Below the pieces are notes generated by a model. It saw nothing but the letters and a program-made list of their open reading frames with translations. It searched no databases and was not told the DNA's origin. Position numbers and translations under genes: made by a program. From NCBI RefSeq assembly GCF_004010195.1, contig NC_057720.1, positions 18,421,615 through 18,485,614 of the forward strand: DNA of 64,000 nt, in the 5' to 3' direction. Each line of letters starts with the position of its first letter. Within the stretch, counting starts at the first letter, position 1. Source of the DNA: Chiloscyllium plagiosum. Lineage: Eukaryota. Of this stretch, positions 37,293 to 49,033 are shown piece by piece.

Positions 37293-40200
37293 TATTTGCT
37301 ATGTTATTTTCATTTCCTGTGTATTTATGCACAAAGATTCCAATGCTCTTCTAATATATTAACAATTTTACTATGTAAATCTCATTTCTTTGTCTGTTAT
37401 TGTAAACTGCATTTAGTTTTCCATCTTGCTGTGCCCCTTCTACTAGATTATTTAGAATATAGAACATAGAAAAGAACAGGCCCTTTGGCCCACGATGTTG
37501 TGCCGAGGTTTAATCCTAATGTAAAATATAATATAGTCTTTTACTATTCCTGTCACAATCTGTTGTAGCCATCTACTTTAGTGAAGTATGTAACTTTCAA
37601 AATTGTTCTATCATTTCCTAAGTCCAGGAATTTAGTTACTATGTGGTTATTGATAACATTTCCCTCAAATTCCAATCTAAGAAATTAAATTTTACTTCCT
37701 GAACTTCAACTATCACTTAACCTGTGTGGCTACAATCTCTTTTGTTTCATGGGACTTTTTTGCCACAGGTCTCTTAAATACTACCTTACCAAATATCTCT
37801 TCAAGATTTGTATGAGCTATGTTGGCTGCATTCTGTTTATCAATATCACTCCTAACTTCTGTGATATAAAAAAAACTGAAGCAAAGCCTGCTGACCATAG
37901 AGCCTTACCATGTTTCTGTAAATACTTACTAATTGAACCCTTTATTATGTTAATACTTTAGCCACAAGTGAAGTAATTGTAATTGCCTTATGATTTCCTG
38001 GTTTATCTAATGTACAATGATTCCATGTGAGAAGATTAGAAGTTGCAGTGCACTGTAACTGTAATATGAAGGACATTGCTGATTATTGGAAAGTAAGAAA
38101 TGAACTATAGGTGGGTTTGTATAAGGGAAAGAGAATAGAAAAGCACCTAAGAGAGTCCCAATTAGTGGAGTTACTACATCTTGGAGCAATTTGAAAGGAA
38201 ATTAGCTCATAATAAACATGACTTTGATGAAGAGTCATGTCTTTAGAACGGATCTATGTTAGATCCTTGACTTTTTCAAATGTCAGTTAGATAGTAATGT
38301 CATCAATTACCAGTTAATAATGACTGGCAGTTAACTGCCAAGTTCATTTGTCAAGGCAAATATTAAATACCTTGACAAATAACCGTAAACCTGAAATGTT
38401 TAAAATATAAATGATTTAGGCAATTATTTAATTGAAATTTAAACAAACTGAGACTGGAACAGTCCGTATCCAGATGCAGCAAGACCTGAACTATATCCTG
38501 ACATTAAACTGACAAGTGGTAAGATTTTCACCACACAATTGTCAGAAAATGACCATTTCCAAAAGAGAGAATCTAACCATCATCTCCTGACATTCAATGA
38601 TATTATCATGACTGAATACCTCACTAATCAATATCATTTAGGTTATCATTGAGCAGAAATTGATCTGGCTATATAAATGTTGTGGTTACAAGACAAGTCA
38701 TGGATTAGGAATCCCAAGCAAGTAACTCTCCTCAATTCCCCAAATCATGTCCACCATTTACATGGCTCGGGTCTTGTCGATATATAATGGCCCTATGATT
38801 ATTTTTACACACCTTAGTGAATTGACTACATATCTGGTCTTCATTTGCTTGCTCATTTTTGGGGGCCTATAATACTCCTAACAGTTTGAGAGCCCCTTTT
38901 TATTCCAAAAATCTACACACAAAACCTCATTTGATGACCATACCAAGATATCATCCCTCCTTACTGCACTAACTGATTCCCTAACTAATAATGCAACACC
39001 AACACCACTTTTGTATCTTTCCCTTTTCTGCCTGAAGATTCTATACCTGGAATGTTAAGTTGCCAGTCTTATCCATCATGTCTCTGTGATGGCTTCAACG
39101 TTGCCGTTCCATGTGTCAATCCATGTCCTTAACTCATCTGTTTTACCTCTAATAATCCTGGCATCGAACTCGAGGCAATATAACTTCGCCTTATTCCATG
39201 AGACACCCCATGGCTGAACTCATTCTGCCTTAGTTCCTTTTCTAAGTTGTTACATTGCTACTGAACTAATGCACTGTGATCCTGCCAATTTTCTATCCAC
39301 ACAAATACAGTACATCCAACACCATGAGTTCTTAACTTATGACTCAAACTTTTGTGAGATTCCTTGTTGAATGTCTTCTTGAAGTCCAAATAAAACACAT
39401 TTACTGGTTTCCCTCTGTTAACTCTTGTTGAGACCTCCTTGAAAACTCTAATAAGTTAGTCAGACATGATTTCCCTTTCATGAAGCCATGCTGACTCTGC
39501 TTGATTAAATCATGATTCTCCAAATGTTCTGCTATTACTTCCTTAATAATTGATTCCAATATTTTTCCAAAATTGATATTTGACCAATCGGCGTATAGTT
39601 ACCAGCTTTCTGCCTCTCTCCCGTTTCGAAGAGGAGTGACACAATGGCAGTTTTCCAGTTCTTTGGTACTTCTGCAGAATCGAGGGATTTTTGAAAAATT
39701 GCAACCAATGCATCCATGATCTCTGTTGCTACCTTTTTTAGGATCCTCAGATGCAAGCCATCAGGACCAAGGGACTTATCTGTCTTGATCCCCATTAGTT
39801 TGTCTAATATTACGTCTTTAATGATAGTGTTCGTACCTAATTTCTTCCCCCCCCGTATTCTTTAGTATTAATGGGATCTTTATAAAATCTTTCACGTAAG
39901 ACTGATGCAAAATATCTGTTTAACTCCACTGCCATTTCCTTGTTCCCCATAACTATCTTGCCAGATTCATTTTCCAGGAGTCCTATGTTCACTTGACCTC
40001 TCCCTTCCTTGTTATATATTTAAAGAAGCTTGTATTGTCAGTTTTTACAGTTCTTGCCAGATGCCCTCATTGTTTATTTTCTCTTGATTATTGTTTTAGC
40101 ATTATTTTGCTGGATTCCAAATTTATTGTAGACTTTGAGCCTATTCTGAATTTTGCTCCTCATGATATGCTTTGTCTTTCAATTAATACTCTCCTTAATT

Positions 40201-40783
40201 TCTTTGGTTCACCATTGTTAGTTTATTTCTCCCTTAAAATCTTTCCTCCTTAATCGGATATATTTTTGCTGAGAATCATGAATTACATTCTTAAATATTT
40301 GCCACTGCTGGCTTACTTTCTTTCCTGCTGTTTTGTCTTGGCAGTCCACTTTAGCTAACTCTATCCTCATTTTGTTATAATTAGTTACACACAATTTTTT
40401 CCCATCCCACGTTCACACTTAAACTGAATATTAAATTCTATCACTACTTCCCATGCAATCTTTTCCTCAGAAATAGTTTCTTAACACTGCTTCATTACCC
40501 AGGTCCAGCATAGCCTGTCATTACCTGATCCAGGATAGTCTGCCTCCTGGTTGGTTCCATGACATATTGCTATAAGAAACTATCCCTTATGTACTATATA
40601 AATTTGTTGTTGTAGCTACCCATTACTACTTGTTTGGCCCAATCAACATGAAGATCAACATCACCCATAATTACAGGTCATTCTGTTATAATGCACATTT
40701 TGTCATTGTGAATTCGATGTTACGCGATCGATGAATCGGGGATGCTGTTTCTACAGCACAAACCTTTAAAATGTGTATTGGTT

Positions 40784-41190
40784 TGTGAGAAACAAAGCTC
40801 ACTGCCAAATAATTTTAGTCCGAGTCAAATTCCGAAGCAGTCTTTATTCATACGTTCTTGCAAGCCCAGGTGACCACAAAGTAGGCACACTTCTGAATAA
40901 TATTAGTGCACATTTATACAGTTTCTATGAGTTTCCCTGTACTTCCCCTTTTACCTCATATGTGACAGTTGTATTGCTCTGTGCAACTGCTAATCTAATC
41001 AGCTTACCACATCTGTCTGTGGCCTGTTGTTAGCATGCAACCCCTTTTGATAGCTAAGTCTTATTACTTTTGCTGACGCAACACTGGGTCTTATCACTTC
41101 TGCACACTGAGTCTTTATGACTTTTGAGTACCTGACTTCTGCAGAAGCAACACTTAGACACATTTTCCATAATTCTCCCCTTTTCTTTTT
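40784..41190 (-). repeat. ERV 3' LTR (40784-41171) and polypurine tract (41172-41190)
   Basis: Matches the solo LTR at 19540-19928. On the minus strand it is preceded by AAAAAGAAAAGGGGAGAAT. Confidence 0.92.
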
Positions 41191-41192
41191 GG

Positions 41193-42900
41193 CTAATATT
41201 TGTTGTCTTCTGCATATCCCTCAAAGGCCACCTCCAAGTTTGTCAGCAGCATCCCTGAGACCTCATCTATCTTGGAAACTTCTTCAGGATCATTCATTTC
41301 CCCATTGCTCAACAGATAGAGCTCCTCTCGCTGACTACCTGTTAGGGGTATTTGTTTAGTCAGGGCCGTTTCAATCAACCGCTGGGTTAGTCCCTGTGCA
41401 CAAGGTATGATGCAACATCCTATAGCTATCAGTACTCCAGCAACCACTATCAAGGAGGTGAGTATGGGGACCACTATACTTTTCCATTTCCCAAACCATG
41501 AATTCAGCCTGCCAGTGAGTAATGTGTCCACCCCTGAATTCTCAGCCAGCTTCTTTGCTAAGGTAGTCAACCCCCGCAGGGTTCGACTGATTGACCCATC
41601 AGGTGCTGTGTTATTTGGAATAAAGGTACAACAGCTCCCCCCTAATATCATGTATACGCCGCCTTTCTCGGCTAGGATCATGTCCAAGGCCATTCTGTCC
41701 TCCCAAGCCATTCTGCTGGTTGCATCGAGCTGCTCTGCTATACCCTTGACTGCATCCCTAGTGTAGTTAATGAACCTCTGCTGATGATAGAAAGTGTAGT
41801 TTATCCAATCCCAATTCTTGTCGACCATTACCCACCAGAAGAGAGCCGACTCAAGGCCTGCTGCAATTTGGTTGCGAGCCTTGAACTCATCGGGCACCCC
41901 TCTAGGAACTCCTATAGAGTCTAGATATATCTGATCATCAAAAGAAGTATCCAATAATGATCTTTTACTCCGACTCCCTTTTGTCACAATCATTTCCTTT
42001 TCAAATGGCAAGGTGAATGGGATTGCCAATTGCACAATTGTACATATGCCTCCCCAATTTGGAGGTAGGGTGGGTCTCAATATTCTCCCTCCACAGTACC
42101 ACCACAAATCCGCTCGGGGAACCTACAGCGCTGAGTAGTTCCCTCCCTTGTCCGTTCTGGTCACATTTTCAATTTTGATACATGATTTCAACTCCCACAA
42201 GTCTCTGAACTGATTTAGACCTTGTCTGCTAATACACGACGTGTGATTTCCGACCGCGGCCAAAAATGTGGGGGGGATTTTAAAACCTTTCTTCTCCAAG
42301 GGTGGGAACATTAGTGATAGGGAAGTACAATCCCCATTATTCCATGCAGTCTTATCCTGATACAGGGCTATCATATATTCCACGCCCTCCCTGTCTCGCT
42401 ACCACCCGAGCGGAAAGGGAACTACCTGGGCCACTGGCCTACCGGAGGCACATGCATAGCAATTGTTTTTGTTCACACTTTTCACAGTGTACTTTACCCA
42501 TTCAAGCCAGGCATTTGTATCCCCATAGCTAGTTTCTATTTCGATGGTCCTTCACCTCTATCCCAAATATTTCATTTAATTGGACCTGATAGGTGTCCCC
42601 TCCCAGAACTGCTTCGTGCCATGTGGTTTTCTTTATCGTTAAATATATTGGGTTACACTTCTTATCGGGACACTCAAGAGCTAGCCAGAAGGGGCTCCGG
42701 TGTACTGTGACGAGTGTACTGAAACAAGTACCACCCCCAAGGCCATCCCCGTAGGACTTAAGATGTATCTCTGAGTAGCTGAACTACCTCTGATTTTCTA
42801 CTTTTCCACAATCAACTAGGCTGCAGGCATCGGTATCTATTACTTGCGGATTAGCACTCTCGGCGACCATTACTAACAAGTAAGAGGACCACACCAAGGT
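41193..42900 (-). pseudogene. env: Retroviral envelope: open SU C-terminus and TM subunit (41193-42107), disrupted SU upstream
   Basis: WWYCG..LP..W.G.C, furin site RSKR, IGVPRGVPDEFKARNQIAAG, ISD-like WEDRMALDMILAEKGG, mutated CX6CC (YMILGGSCC), hydrophobic TM helix. Stops and frameshifts occur upstream of 42107. Confidence 0.92.
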
Positions 42901-44806
42901 TCGATGAAATCTGAAGACTAGGAGAGCTAAGATCATATACAGCATAGATCTCAGAATGGCACTGTACCTTTAAGACAGCTGGATGATGTCACAGCAGGAT
43001 GCTCTAGAAGATGCTCTCTGACAGTCCATCACTGATCTATATAATGCAACATTATCATAAATGAGCATAGAACTCCCACATAAGCTGGAGATGCATCTGT
43101 TTATCTAATTGTTAATAAACTTCAAGGCTCAATAGAAACTCTGTCTTTGTGCTGTATGTTACTTAGACAGTATCACACTGTTTCATGCTTAAACACATGA
43201 TCAACATTTGAAATAGGGTCTGTCCTTTTTTAAAAAAAAATCCCTCAAGTGTATTTCTCAGCTTTTATCTGGAAGATTATGTAGTTTAGATACATAGAGA
43301 TGTACAGCACGGAATCCATGGGCCCAGAAAGCTCCCCCCTGCACTGTGAGCGTCTGGAAGGCCCATTCGTGGTATTTTATCCTTCTAGTTTTCGATCTCT
43401 CCATATCTCAATCCTTCCTACAAGTGTCAACATTTGAAACTGACTCTCAATTTCTACCTCATGTCCCTTTTTGTTTGTTAGATTTGTTCATTTGTCTACC
43501 GGGATAGAGGGCTGTCAGTCAGTCAATCTTTTGGGAATGTGGGATTCCAGGGATTGGGAGAGTTCTTCTCCATCTCCATGGGATAAAGGGTTCTATCTAG
43601 TCCTGTGCAATCAGAGATTGGCTCCTTCTGGTGTTGACTCTGTACAAAGACTAGGCAGATAAGGGTGTGGTTTGTGATGCTGCACTTACTGAAGAACTTG
43701 CTTCATGTATGTCGCTGAAGAGCTTCTGTCAAATGGCAGCTTTGTCTAACAGGAACTGTCTGGGAGACACCCACCTGCTGTCCTCTTCAGGCCCAGTTGC
43801 TAGTCTTCTGACATGAGGAGGACATGGGTGGCCACCTTACGTGGCTACTCTTGAGTCTCCCTCTCAACACCACATTCCCAGGTTTGGGAAGCAAAATACA
43901 AACAAGCAACAAGAGTTCACCCACAGCCCTTCCAGTCTGTTCCACTGTTCAATAAGATCATGGCTGGTCTGATTTAACCACAACTCTACATTCCTGTATC
44001 TCCCTGATAATCTTTCATCCCCTTGGTAATCAAGACTCTGCACTTCAAAAGAGTGAAAGATTCCGCATCCACTCTTCTTTGAGAATGGAAATTCAAAAGC
44101 CTTAACCCTTGGTCAATGAGAGTTAACATTTGGAACGTGGTATGATTCTCCTTTGGAACTGCTTCAGGATTCAGCTCCAAAGAACAGTCCTATGAAAAGT
44201 CATCTGTACTTGAAACATTAGCTTGCTCTCTCTCCATGGATGCTGCCTGACTTGCTGTGATCTCCAGCAGTTTTTGTTTTCCAGATTGAACTCGAAACGT
44301 TCACTCTGTTTCTGCCTCTGCGGATGCTGCCAGACGTGCTGAGTATCTCCAGCACTTCATGTTTCATTTTTAGATTTATAACATTTGCAGTATTTTGCGT
44401 CTATTTGTGCAGGTTACTTCAGTAGAATTGCATCCCGGTTCCCACATTGGGGCTTTTGTTGTTGCATTTGACTGTCGTGTGTAATGTAGTCTGTTTGTGG
44501 GGAAGTTACTGAATTCTGTAAACATTTTGCAATCTGTTTTCACTTTGCGAATGAGGTTGTAGTAGAACTTCTTTCGTTCCCACATTCTGTCTGTGTTAGA
44601 CCTATCAGCATCCTTCAAGAATGACTAGAGATGGGGAAAGGATAAGAAGCAACAATCTAATTGATAGGAGGACTGTCCGTCTAAACTCACCTGAAATCAC
44701 TATCTTTAACTTTCTGTGCCTGGCCACTCTCATCTCATTTTCACCCAAGATCATGCTGAGTTTAAAGTCATTTGAGGCACTGTGCTGGCTTATAATTTAA
44801 AGAAAA

Positions 44807-45040
44807 TTCTCTCTCTTAACCCTTCTCTCTTTCTCTCGCAACCCCTCTCTCTCGCGCCCCCTCTCTTTCTCGCCCCCTTCCTCACTCACGCCTCTCTCTC
44901 TTCCCTTTCTCTCTCACGTCTATCTCTCTCGCCCCATCTCTCACCCCCTCTCTATCTCTTCCTCTCTCTTGCCCCATTTCTCTCTCACGCCTATCTCTCT
45001 TGCCCCTTCTCTCTCTCACGTCCCTCTCTCTCTCTCTCTA
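44807..45040. repeat. Degenerate (CT)n-rich microsatellite
   Basis: ctctctctcgcccc-type pyrimidine repeats. Confidence 0.9.
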
Positions 45041-45624
45041 GTGCAGATGTGAGTAGCTAGGCCAATGATCACTGCCCATTCCTAATTGCCCTCCTGAAGG
45101 TTGCAGTGAGCTTCAGTTTTGAACCATACAGGCCATGTGTTAGGAAGAGAGATTGTGTTAGGAAGGGAGATTGTTACTAGCTCACTGTAGATAATGCAGT
45201 GGGCTCGGTCTGGACTATCCTGGAGTCTGGAGTTGTCAGCTGGTGAATTTTCTGTTGTGTATCAATAATTGTCTCACAAAGCCTAGGCCTGCTTTGTTCT
45301 CTGTCATTCTTCCTGGACCTCTGGCATCCTTGGGGAGGTTGTTTGATCAGACTTCAGTCTAAGTGAGAGTCAATTAGTTCACATTTCAGAGTTTAGGATG
45401 TAGTTAAAGGTTTTGATATCTGGACCTTTTTCAGGCTCCCTCAGGATACTTTACTGAGAGAAAGCCATCCTGCTGTGATATTTTCTCTCAGAAGAGAGAG
45501 GGAGATCTTTCGTTTTGCTAAAGTCAGACGTCACATGAAATGGAAGTGTAACTAGTGTAGTGGATGTTTAATTTATTCATTAAGCACTTGATGTAGGTGC
45601 CTGCACGTTCATGGGTGACCTCTG

Positions 45625-46124
45625 TTCTGGTCACACTGTTATAGAGAAGATATTATGAAGTTGGAGAGGGTTCAGAAAGATTTACCAGGTTGTTGCTGGG
45701 ACTTAAGTTATCAAAGTAGGCTGGGACTCTTTTCACTGGAGTGTAGGAGGGTGAGGGGTGACCTTTATAGAGGTTTATAAACTCATGAGGGGCATGGGTA
45801 AGATGAGTGAGAAGGGTCTTTTCCCTAGGGTGGGGGTGTCCAAAACTCAGAGGGATATGTTTAAGGTGAGGAGAAAGGTTTAAAAAGGACCATGAGGGGC
45901 AATTCTTTCACACAGGGTGGGTTCGCAGGTGGAACGGACTGCCAGAGGAAGTGGTGGATGTAGGTACAGTTACAACATTTAAAAGGAATCTGGACAGGTA
46001 TATGAATAGGAAGGGTTTAGAGGAATATGGGCCAAGTGCTGGCAAACGGGGCTAGATCTGGTCGGCATGGACGAGTTGGACCGAAGGGTCTCTTTCTGTG
46101 CAATTCATCTCTATGACTCTATGA
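45625..46124 (+). mobile_element. CR1 family A 3' end
   Basis: ttctggtcac..gttcagaaagatttacc ... ending in ctctatgactctatgac. Confidence 0.88.
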
Positions 46125-46231
46125 CCTAAGTATCCACCTCATTCCAAAAATAGTGCTGGAGTACCAAGAGACTTAATAGAAATCTTATAGAAATTATCCC
46201 GCACTTGCATCGCTACTGCATAATCAGTCAC

Positions 46232-47136
46232 TCAAAGTCTTTTTAGCCTGAGTTTCAATGGTTCTTTCGTTGATTTGGCTGTCCAGACTTCTTTCTCAAC
46301 CGGACACTCCACTAGTCCCTTAACTCTGGTGTAGTGAGTCCAACCTTTCTCCGCTGTCCTTATCGCCATTTCGGTAGTCAAAAGAGCCTGGTATGGCCCT
46401 TCCCAATCCAGTTGTAATTTAGTCTCTGTCCATGACTTCACAAGATCCCAATCTCCTGGCCGGATTGGATGAACGGCAAAATTGAGAGGTGGAGTCTGTG
46501 TGAGGAAACCCTGTCTCCTGAGAAAAAACAAAGAGAAGGACAGGCCCAGTATATACTTTCTTAAGAACAGGTCCTTAGTCTTGGGGGATCGGCGGTCCCC
46601 CTGTCATTCGCAAGTATGGCAGCCCAAACAATATTTCATAAGGGGAAAGACCCAAATCTTTCCTTGGAGCTGTTCGTACTTGTAGGAGTGCTATCGGCAA
46701 ACATCGGGTCCAGGGGAGGTCTCTAATACCAATTTGGCAACTGTCTTTTAAGAGTTTGGTTCATCCGCTCGATCCTCCCTGAAGACGGAAGGTTCCAAGA
46801 TGTGTGAAAATCCTAGGAGATATCCAAACTTTGCATTATTCCCTGGAGCACCTTAGAGGTGAAGTGGCTTCCCTGGTCTCAGTCTATACACTCCACTATC
46901 CCATACTGGGGAACTATCTGCTCAAGAATTATCTTAGACACCCCACTTGCTGTTGCTGCGGCCAGGGGGTATGCTTCCACCCAACCGGATAAATGATCTA
47001 CTATAACCAACGTGCATTTTAGCTTTCCTATCCGGGGCAATTCAGTGTAATCCACCTGTATGCTCTGAAATGGTCTTAGCCCAGGGTCTCTCCCACCTGG
47101 GACCTGTTTTCTTTGTACCTTCTTGTTTATCTTCTT
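46232..47136 (-). pseudogene. pol: Retroviral integrase (pol C-terminus), frameshifted
   Basis: PFQSIQVDYTELP..LVIVDHLSGWVEAYP..ILEQIVPQYG (46879-47163) and a GPY/F module WEGPYQALLTT..GWTHYTRVK (46232-46531). Confidence 0.92.
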
Positions 47137-47181
47137 AGTACCTGACTTCTGCAGAAGCAACACTTAGACAAATTTTCCACA
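47137..47181 (-). repeat. 45-bp stub of the ERV 5' LTR fused to integrase
   Basis: agtacctgacttctgcagaagcaacacttagacaaattttccaca matches the U3 end of both other LTR copies. Confidence 0.9.
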
Positions 47182-47689
47182 AATTGTAGTGCGATTACAG
47201 CACCAACACTTTAAGTGCTGTTTTTAAAGTGTGATTTTTCTATAATGTGGGGTTGAACAGGAACATAACCATCGCATTATAGAAGAACTGACTGTATTGC
47301 AGTATTCTTTTAAAATGCTCCTATTTGTTGATTTATATCCTTTCCTACAATATGGCTACTGTTTGGCTATCTATACCTTACCCTTACCGATGTCCTGTTT
47401 CCCTTATTGCATTTTTCCTCTACCCAAATGGGATCTTCTTCATCAGAGACAACATCATTTTTCATAACAATCCTCATTCTCATCTCTTATTAACCCTGCT
47501 ACCCCACCACCTTTTCCTTCTCTCCTGTCTTTCCAAAAGATCAAATATCCCTGAATGTTAAGTTCCCAGTTCTGATTGCTTTTAATCATGTTTCCATAAT
47601 GGCTGCAAGATCACATCAATTTACCTTGATTTGTGCTGTCACTTTGTCATCTTGAAGGGGGACAGTGCTAGATGCATAACTGTGCAGAA

Positions 47690-48630
47690 CCATCCTAAAT
47701 GATTTGGAGGTGAGCATCAATTATAATGCTTCCATATTTGCTGATGATGGAAACTAAATGGGATCATATCTTATGAGCAGAATGGAATAAGTCTTCAAGA
47801 GGACTTAGACAGGCTAAGTAAATGAGCTAGAAATGGTGAATGAAATATAATGTTAATAAGTGTGTAGTAATTAACTTTGAAAGTAAACAGAAATGAAAAC
47901 ATTGAGAGTTTGGGAAATGCATGTGTCTGAAAGGATCTTCAAAAGCTATGCTGCAGGTTCAGCAAGAAATTAAGAAGGCAAATAGTATGTTGACATTCAT
48001 TTAAAGGGGTTTGGGTCCAACTGTCTTGCTGCAGTTGTGTAGCGCCTTGATTAGATCTCATTTGGAGCACTGTGTCCAGTTATGATCTCTTTCATTATTA
48101 AATGATAAGATATTTTTGGTTATCTTGTGAACAGTTTAATACACCACCACTGTGTTGTAAGACCCTCACAATGAGACCATATACTCACTGTCGATGGTGT
48201 ACAACAGGGTTCACCAGCTTAATCACTAGGGCCAATAGTTAATGATGAACAATTAAAGAAAAATAATTTTGTTTTCTCAAGAGTTTTGGAGAATGAGGGA
48301 TGATGTCATTGAAACTTATAACATTCTTATCGTACCTGATGAGGTGAATTTCGGTAGGAAGATTTTCCTGGCTAATGACTCTAAAATCAAGAACATAATC
48401 TCAAGGTAAGACTGAAATGAGGTGGTAAATCTTTGGAATTCTGTACCCAGAAGAGTGTGGAAACTCAGTCTCTGACCATTCAGCAATCAGTTGACAGTAA
48501 TCAGTAAATTTCTGGAGACTAATGACATGAATAGACTTTGAGATATTGCAAGAAATTGATAATGAGATGATCAACCATGATTTAGAATGATGGGGCTGGC
48601 CCGATGGGCTGAATGATCCACTGTTCCGAC
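47690..48630 (+). mobile_element. Highly degraded CR1 3' region
   Basis: tttgctgatgat (FADD) near 47740, followed by degenerate CR1 C-terminal motifs and 3' UTR. Confidence 0.65.
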
Positions 48631-48649
48631 TGCAACACCAACCCAAAGC

Positions 48650-49033
48650 AAGATTTTGCATGCGCCATTCCCTGTTATGGTGTTTTCTCTTGTCTTCGTT
48701 TTCTGTCTCCTCGTGTACAACGCTCCTTTTTCATGGACGAGTTCTGCTCGTTTCTTGCGCTGTTTCTGTGAGACTTTGTTTGTTTCTATTTCTCGTGCAC
48801 GTGCCGTTCTCGGTTACGCGCTGTCTCACGTCTCTTCCCCGCTCATCCTCCCTTCCCAGAATGCGCTTTCAGACCCGCGGGAAACCAAAATGGCGCCTGT
48901 GTGAATGGATTTGTAAGTGGGACTGAGTGAAGAGGCAGCGCTGTGGTTTCGAATAGGGGAGTGGGCCAGCTGTCCAGAAATCCGTATGTTTAAATTAAAA
49001 CAAACGGCAATTTTGCAACAATGGCCGAATGAG
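48650..49033 (+). promoter_or_regulatory. MTF2: MTF2 CpG promoter and exon 1
   Basis: CpG-rich. NRF1-like TGCATGCGC near 48657, ZNF143-like TTCCCAGAATGCGC at 48853-48866, YY1-like CAAAATGGCG at 48886-48895. Candidate donors T|GTAAGT (48912/48913) and ATGAG|GTGAAT (49033/49034). Confidence 0.75.

Larger units (their letters stand above)
40784..47181 (-). mobile_element. Defective endogenous retrovirus (fish class I, epsilon/gamma-like env): LTR stub - integrase - env - PPT - 3' LTR
   Basis: LTR, PPT, env and integrase are all on the minus strand in retroviral order. No gag, protease or RT is seen. Confidence 0.9.
40674..47294 (+). mobile_element. MITE split by an ERV (left 40674-40783, right 47182-47294)
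   Basis: TA|caggtcattctgttataatgc ... gcattatagaagaactgactg|TA. The halves join to match the copy at 37090-37292. Confidence 0.75.
39180..47640 (-). mobile_element. Old CR1 LINE (39180-40671 and 47297-47640) split by the MITE/ERV nest
   Basis: ORF 39535-39795 (KSLGPDGLH..WKTA..F). The endonuclease motif MGD at about 40670 continues beyond 47297 with a WxLNIQGY..RKD..GKGGG-like sequence. Confidence 0.7.

Noticed and set aside
44782..45060. 92-aa Leu/Ser-rich ORF
   Set aside because: It is the translation of a CT microsatellite.
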